From an uncultured Verrucomicrobiae bacterium (lineage in GTDB: Bacteria; Verrucomicrobiota; Verrucomicrobiia; Limisphaerales; Palsa-1400), in the NCBI GenBank assembly GCA_963764165.1, contig CAVXRD010000004.1, forward strand, positions 64,001 through 128,000: DNA of 64,000 nt, written 5' to 3'. The position numbers and the translations under genes were made by a program. This document shows, in pieces, positions 58,548 to 64,000 of this stretch. The number at the start of each line of letters is the position of its first letter. The first letter of the stretch is position 1. The notes below the pieces were generated by a model. The model had not been told where the DNA came from and did no database searches. It saw only the letters and a program-made list of their open reading frames with translations.

Positions 58548-58603
58548 AATGTTTTTCGTAATGACAAACATTAGCGCGTCGCCGGAAAAAAGCGACTGTT
58601 AAA

Positions 58604-58764
58604 GGTAGCAACGCCTCGCCGAGGCGTCCGAGGCCGTAGCACATCTCTAACGTCTCTTTCTTCTCGGGGTCCGCGCGAATAGTCTTTTGGTCTGTGCCGT
58701 TCTCTGCGCGAATTCATACGCCCACAAACCGCCACATCCCCGGACGCCTCGGCGAGGCGCTACC
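58604..58764. repeat. GTAG-type REP doublet (family A variant)
   Basis: GGTAGCAACGCCTCGCCGAGGCGTCCG ... CGGACGCCTCGGCGAGGCGCTACC. Confidence 0.8.
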
Positions 58765-58823
58765 ATGGGAAACAAAATCCCATCTGGCAAATGGCGTGAT
58801 TCCCGGTAAACTACGCCGAAGGC

Positions 58824-59069
58824 ATGAAACCCAAATCAATTCGCCTGTTTGTAAAACCGTGGTGCGGCTGGTGCGATCAGGCCGCCGATTGGCTGGACGA
58901 GCGCGGCATCAAATACGAGACTCTCGACGTGACGGCAGATGGCGCCGCCATGAAGGAAATGCGCGCCCTTTCCGGCCAGACGCTCGCCCCGACCATTGAT
59001 GTCGATGGCGAGATTTTGGCTGACTTCGACACCCGCCAACTGGCAGAATTCTGGAAGAAATTTGAATGA
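58824..59069 (+). CDS. Glutaredoxin-like protein
   Basis: CGWC active site; SGQTLAPTI. Confidence 0.85.
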   Translation: MKPKSIRLFVKPWCGWCDQAADWLDERGIKYETLDVTADGAAMKEMRALSGQTLAPTIDVDGEILADFDTRQLAEFWKKFE

Positions 59070-59995
59070 ATAGCGACTCTGCTTCAATTCCTGCCGCAAC
59101 GGCCGAACCTCCCGGCGCGACCCGCCGCCGCCTGCCCGAATGGCTGCGCCTGCAACTTCCCACGACGGCGGGATTTGGCCGCACGCGCGCCCTGCTGGAC
59201 GAATTGAAACTCCACACCGTTTGCGAAAGCGCCAAGTGCCCGAACCATTGGGAATGCTGGAGCAAAGGAACCGCGACGTTCATGATCGCCGGGGACCGCT
59301 GCACCCGAGCCTGCGGATTTTGCGCGGTATCGACGGCCAAGCCGCTGGCGTTGGAAGCCGACGAACCCGCCCGCGTCGCAGAAGCAACGCGCCGGATGCG
59401 CCTCAAGCACATCGTCATCACGGCCGTGGCGCGTGACGACCTCGCCGATGGCGGCGCGGAACATTTCCGCCAGACCATCGAAAACGTCCGCAGCTTAAAT
59501 CCGGGAATCGTTATCGAAGTGCTCGTGCCGGATTTTCTGGATAAGGACGATTCCATCGAAACCGTGCTTTCGGCCAATCCAAATATCTACAATCACAATT
59601 TGGAAACCGTTCGACGCTTGACCCCGTCCGTCCGCCATCGCGCGACGTATGATCGTTCGCTCAGCGTGCTGGCCAAAGTGAAGAATCGCCGCGGCGATTC
59701 GATTCACACGAAGTCCGGCCTCATGCTCGGCCTTGGCGAGACAGAAAGCGAACTGCTTGTGGCCATGGAAGATTTGCGCCGCGCCAAGTGCGATATTCTG
59801 ACTCTCGGCCAATACTTGCAGCCGACCCGCCAGCATTTACCGGTCGTTGAATTCATTCATCCCGATGTTTTCGCGCGTCACAAAAAAGCGGCGGAAGCGA
59901 TGGGCTTCGTCCATGTGGCCAGCGGCCCGATGGTGCGCAGCTCCTACCACGCGGATGAATTTTCCGCCACCACCGAGCCCGCGACGGCCTCGTAA
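59066..59995 (+). CDS. lipA: Lipoyl synthase
   Basis: CESAKCPNHWEC, CTRACGFC, RSSY. Confidence 0.96.
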   Translation: MNSDSASIPAATAEPPGATRRRLPEWLRLQLPTTAGFGRTRALLDELKLHTVCESAKCPNHWECWSKGTATFMIAGDRCTRACGFCAVSTAKPLALEADEPARVAEATRRMRLKHIVITAVARDDLADGGAEHFRQTIENVRSLNPGIVIEVLVPDFLDKDDSIETVLSANPNIYNHNLETVRRLTPSVRHRATYDRSLSVLAKVKNRRGDSIHTKSGLMLGLGETESELLVAMEDLRRAKCDILTLGQYLQPTRQHLPVVEFIHPDVFARHKKAAEAMGFVHVASGPMVRSSYHADEFSATTEPATAS

Positions 59996-60024
59996 ATCCG
60001 GGCAAACAATGTGAATTTCGCCCC

Positions 60025-63000
60025 ATGAGCCTTCGTCGAGATAGCATGGCTCTATGGGCAATCGCGCTTTTGAGTGGCACCGTGCTCGCCTGTTCGAGCG
60101 CGCTTGCCGAACCGCTTCAATTTAATCGCGACATCCGCCCGATCCTTTCGGACCGTTGCTTCATGTGCCACGGCCCCGACAAAGCGGCCCGCAAAGGCGG
60201 CTTGCGCCTCGATACTTTTGAAGGCGCGACCGCAGAGCGCCCGAAGACGCACGAAAAAGCAGTTGTTCCCGGCCATCCCGAAACGAGCGTGCTCATAAAA
60301 AGGATTTTCGCGTCCGACCCGGCCGATGTCATGCCGCCGACGGATTCGAATTTGAAACTCAGCGACAACGAGAAAGAGCGCTTGCGGAAATGGATTTCAG
60401 ACGGTGCGGTTTACCAGCCGCATTGGGCGTTCGTTCCCCTGCCCGCCTCAGTACCCGAGCCGCCGGTTGTCAATAAGAAATGGCCGCGCAATGAAATTGA
60501 TTATTTCGTTCTGGCGCGCTTGGAAAAGGAACACATCGCGCCCTCGAAGGAGGCCGACAAACTGCGCTGGCTGCGGCGCGTCACCTACGATTTAACCGGT
60601 TTGCCGCCCTCGCCAGAGGCAGCGAAAGCCTTTCTCGCGGATAAGTCCGAGATGTCACGCGAACACGTCGTGGATCGCTTGCTTGCTTCACCACATTTCG
60701 GCCAGCGCATGGCGGTCACGTGGCTCGACTCGGCACGTTACGCCGACAGTTACGGCTATCAAAGCGACCAGCTTTGCCCGACGTGGCCGTATCGCGATTG
60801 GGTGGTGAGCGCCTTCAATCGCAATCTTCGCTACGACCAATTTATCATGGACCAATTGGCGGGCGATCTTATTCCAGACGCTGACGATTCAACCAGGCTC
60901 GCCACTGCGTTCAACCGGCTGCACCGCCAGACCAACGAGGGCGGCAGCATCGAGGAGGAATGGCGCACGGAATATGTGTCCGACCGCATTCACACCTTTG
61001 CCACCGTGTTTCTAGGCTTGACGTTCGAATGCACGCGCTGCCATGACCACAAATACGACCCGCTCACGCAAAAGGATTATTACAGCCTGGGCGCGTTTTT
61101 TAATAGTATTGACGAATACGGCCTTTACAACGACACCGCGCATGTCCCAACACCGTCGCTGCTCCTTCCATCACCGGAGCAAAAGAAAGCGATGGCAGCT
61201 TCCGATGCCGCTGTGAAGGATGCTCAAGCTGCCTTGCTCCGCGCCTCGCAGGATCCCACTTCCGCTTTCCCGGACTGGCTCGCGCACAGCAATCACACGG
61301 CGGAGATTCCGGGAATGACGGCCTGGTTCCCGCTGGACAAATTGACGGAAAGCAACGTGTTTGTGAATGCATTGAATGCTTCCAACCTCAGCGGCGCTAT
61401 TGGCGGCAATTCGCTTGTCGAAGGGCACGATGGCAAAGCTGTCCGATTCACGGGCGACGATGAGCTTTCAATTCCGGGAGCCGACCTCACATTCGCTGCT
61501 TGGAATCAGTTTACGGCGGCCTTTTGGCTGCACGTGCCCGCCAGCACAACCAACGGCATCATTTGTCATCGTGAACATGGGACAGATGTTGGCTTCTCCG
61601 GGGTGGAATTATCGTTGACGGATCGGCGGCTGAAATTTGTTCTGAAACGCTTCTGGCCAGGCAACGCCCTCGCGATCGAGTCCACCGAATCCGTCCCCTC
61701 CAACCAATGGGTTCACATCGCCATAAGCTACGACGGCTCCATCAAGGCGAGCGGCATGAAACTCTTCATCAACGGCCACGAAACGAAAAACGAAATCCTT
61801 CGCGATCGACTTTATAAAAGCCCGGGGAGTGGCGAGGGCGGCCTTTCGTTTGGCGCGCTTTTCCGCGCGACCGGTTTGAAAGACGGCTCTCTGGATGACG
61901 TTCGTTTTTTCAATCGACCGCTCGCAGCTATCGAAGTGCAGCAACTTTGCGACGGTCACGCCTTGAAGGACGCGCTCGCAAATGCTGACGCCACAACGTT
62001 GCGCCCGTATTATGAGGCTGCCATTTCGTCTGCAATGGCCTCGGCGCGCTCGAATCTTTGCGCCGCCGCACGGCAATATTTCGACGCCCGCAATCCTGTG
62101 GAAGAAGTCAGCGTCATGGAAGAAACGCCGAAACCGCGCCCCACTTACATCCTTGCCCGCGGCCGATACGACGCGCCGAAAACCGAGGATCGCCGCGTGA
62201 GTCGAGCGACGCCTGCGGTCTTGCCCAAATTCCCGTCCTCTGCGCCACAGGATCGATTGGGACTGGCGGAGTGGCTTGTCGAGCCAAACCATCCACTCAC
62301 CGCTCGTGTGGCGGTGAACCGGTTTTGGCAAATGCTTTTTGGGCGCGGTCTCGTCGCAACGTCGGAAAACTTCGGCGTGCAGGGAATGCCGCCGTCCCAT
62401 CCTGAATTGCTCGATTGGCTCGCGCGCGACTTTGTGAATTCCGGCTGGGACACAAAGGCGCTGTTGAAAAAAATCGTTCTCAGCGCGACCTATTCCCAGG
62501 ATTCCCGCCTGCGCGAAGACCTTCGCGACCGCGACCGAGAAAATATCCTGCTTGCCCGCGGCCCGTCGCAGCGCCTGCCCGCCGAGATGATCCGCGACAC
62601 GGCGCTTTATGCGAGCGGCCTGATGAACGACGAAATGGGCGGGCCGCCCGCCAGCCCGTACATGCCGGGCGATTTATGGCAGGAGAGCAACGCCATGAGC
62701 CCGGCCTACCATCAAGCCACGAATTCCGCCCTTTATCGCCGCAGCCTTTACACCGTTTGGAAACGCACCGCGCCAATGCCCGACATGACCGAGTTCGACG
62801 CCCCTTCACGCGAGGTCTGCACTGTCAAGCGAAGCGCAACTTCGACGCCGCAGCAAGCGTTCGTTTTGTTGAACGATGTGCAATTCGTCGAAGCCACTCG
62901 CGTGCTGGCCGAACTTGCGATCAAGCAAGGCGGCTTGAAGCTCGCGGACCAGATTCAATTTGCCTTCTGGCGGCTCACGGCGCGTCCTCCCGATTCGCAG

Positions 63001-63192
63001 GAGCTTTCGCTGTTGCACGACTTGCAAATCGAGCAGAAAAAGCTTTTCGCTGAACAGCCGGAACGCGCTGCCCAATTGATTTCCGTCGGCGAGAAGAAAC
63101 CGGACGCAACAATTGATAAAACCAATCTGGCCGCGATGGCCGTCGTCTGCCAGACCATCATGAACCTCGACGCCACCGTATGGAAAAGATGA
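60025..63192 (+). CDS. Planctomycete cytochrome c / DUF1549 / LamG / DUF1553 protein
   Basis: FNRDIRPILSDRCFMCHGPD, CTRCHDHKYD, NHPLTARVAVNR, PSHPELLD. Confidence 0.9.
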   Translation: MSLRRDSMALWAIALLSGTVLACSSALAEPLQFNRDIRPILSDRCFMCHGPDKAARKGGLRLDTFEGATAERPKTHEKAVVPGHPETSVLIKRIFASDPADVMPPTDSNLKLSDNEKERLRKWISDGAVYQPHWAFVPLPASVPEPPVVNKKWPRNEIDYFVLARLEKEHIAPSKEADKLRWLRRVTYDLTGLPPSPEAAKAFLADKSEMSREHVVDRLLASPHFGQRMAVTWLDSARYADSYGYQSDQLCPTWPYRDWVVSAFNRNLRYDQFIMDQLAGDLIPDADDSTRLATAFNRLHRQTNEGGSIEEEWRTEYVSDRIHTFATVFLGLTFECTRCHDHKYDPLTQKDYYSLGAFFNSIDEYGLYNDTAHVPTPSLLLPSPEQKKAMAASDAAVKDAQAALLRASQDPTSAFPDWLAHSNHTAEIPGMTAWFPLDKLTESNVFVNALNASNLSGAIGGNSLVEGHDGKAVRFTGDDELSIPGADLTFAAWNQFTAAFWLHVPASTTNGIICHREHGTDVGFSGVELSLTDRRLKFVLKRFWPGNALAIESTESVPSNQWVHIAISYDGSIKASGMKLFINGHETKNEILRDRLYKSPGSGEGGLSFGALFRATGLKDGSLDDVRFFNRPLAAIEVQQLCDGHALKDALANADATTLRPYYEAAISSAMASARSNLCAAARQYFDARNPVEEVSVMEETPKPRPTYILARGRYDAPKTEDRRVSRATPAVLPKFPSSAPQDRLGLAEWLVEPNHPLTARVAVNRFWQMLFGRGLVATSENFGVQGMPPSHPELLDWLARDFVNSGWDTKALLKKIVLSATYSQDSRLREDLRDRDRENILLARGPSQRLPAEMIRDTALYASGLMNDEMGGPPASPYMPGDLWQESNAMSPAYHQATNSALYRRSLYTVWKRTAPMPDMTEFDAPSREVCTVKRSATSTPQQAFVLLNDVQFVEATRVLAELAIKQGGLKLADQIQFAFWRLTARPPDSQELSLLHDLQIEQKKLFAEQPERAAQLISVGEKKPDATIDKTNLAAMAVVCQTIMNLDATVWKR

Positions 63193-63214
63193 GAGTCTCG
63201 CGTCAGCCTGATTT

Positions 63215-63297
63215 AGGTAGGGACGCCTCGCCGAGGCGTCCGGGTCGCGGCGTAATTCGTGCCTCCAACCGGATGCCTCGGCGAGGCGTCCCTACCT
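63215..63297. repeat. GTAG-type REP doublet (family A)
   Basis: AGGTAGGGACGCCTCGCCGAGGCGTCCGG ... CCGGATGCCTCGGCGAGGCGTCCCTACCT. Confidence 0.9.
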
Positions 63298-63306
63298 CCT
63301 GAAAAC

Positions 63307-64000
63307 ATGAATAGCGCTGCAACAAAATCAGTCATCGAGCCGCTGGCCATCACGCGGCGGCATTTCTTTTCCAAGACCGCGCGCGGACTTGGCGCGATTG
63401 CGCTGGGAAGCATGCTGCCGCGATTCGCCTCCGCGCGGGCACCGGGCGGTTTGCCAAGTTTTCCAAATTTCGCCCCGAAGGCAAAACGTGTCATTTACCT
63501 TTTTCAATCCGGCGCACCGTCGCAAATCGATTTGTTCGACCATAAACCACTTCTCAGGAAATTGAATGGCGAACAGCTTCCCGACAGCGTGCGCGGAACT
63601 CAGCGGTTGACGGGGATGTCTTCTCAGCAAGCGTCTATTCCGCTGGCGGGTTCCATCTTCTCATTCCAACAGTACGGCCAGAGCGGCGCGTGGTTCAGCG
63701 ATCTGCTGCCGCACACGGCCAAAATCGCCGATGATTTGTGCATCGTGCGTTCGATGTATACCGAAGCCATCAATCACGATCCGGCCATCACTTTTTTCCA
63801 GACCGGCTCGCAAATCGCGGGGCGTCCGTCGATGGGTTCGTGGGTTCATTATGGATTAGGCAGCGTCAATCAGAATCTCCCCGCCTTCGTCGTGCTGGTG
63901 ACGCCGCACAAATACGATCAGCCGCTTTACGCGCGGTTGTGGGGCAGCGGATTTTTGGATGCCCGCTATCAGGGAATTCAATTTCGCTCGGGCAAGGAGC
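63307..64000 (+). CDS. DUF1501 protein with Tat signal, 3'-truncated by the window edge
   Basis: TRRHFF; APKAKRVIYLFQSGAPSQIDLFD; AINHDPA; GRPSMGSW. Confidence 0.88.
   Translation, partial: MNSAATKSVIEPLAITRRHFFSKTARGLGAIALGSMLPRFASARAPGGLPSFPNFAPKAKRVIYLFQSGAPSQIDLFDHKPLLRKLNGEQLPDSVRGTQRLTGMSSQQASIPLAGSIFSFQQYGQSGAWFSDLLPHTAKIADDLCIVRSMYTEAINHDPAITFFQTGSQIAGRPSMGSWVHYGLGSVNQNLPAFVVLVTPHKYDQPLYARLWGSGFLDARYQGIQFRSGKE

Noticed and set aside
13211..63297. CRISPR array
   Set aside because: Repeats are dispersed inverted doublets, not regularly spaced direct repeats with unique spacers; no cas genes

Overview
GC-rich bacterial chromosome segment. Gene content (PVC-type heme-CxxCH proteins, DUF1549/1553 and DUF1501 genes, prepilin-type gene, variant PEP-CTERM) points to Verrucomicrobiota, probably Pedosphaera/Limisphaera-like; this is an inference. 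Bases 1-4.5 kb are the end of an AT-richer integrative element (PolA/T7-RNAP-like palm protein, XRE regulator with two matching operators, Zn-ribbon membrane protein, tyrosine integrase) abutting the 5' end of tRNA-Arg(CCT). The rest is core and envelope genome: transaldolase, two tandem heme-binding paralogs, and a putative metal locus (TonB receptor, DUF2946/CruR-like leader ORF, Cys-tipped beta-barrel, Tat-exported Mn-SOD, OppABC). It continues with a Gld-like ABC/DUF4340/AsmA operon, a DEAD-box helicase, and an 8-gene coupled operon (kdsA, long lptA-like, lptB, flavin halogenase-like, lipoprotein, MMPL::acyltransferase fusion, LolA-like, FabZ-like). It ends with a c-di-AMP (ydaO) riboswitch in front of a flotillin gene, a ParE/RelE toxin-antitoxin pair, tadA, an ABC exporter, lipA and DUF1553/DUF1501. 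Several REP-like palindrome families occupy intergenic gaps. Best leads: the halogenase/MMPL-acyltransferase module inside the LPS-transport operon, the riboswitch-flotillin pairing, a strong Thr-Asn bias in exported proteins, the metal-sensing leader ORF with an attenuator, and the polymerase-like protein on the element. All calls come from motif reading by eye; no database searches were run.
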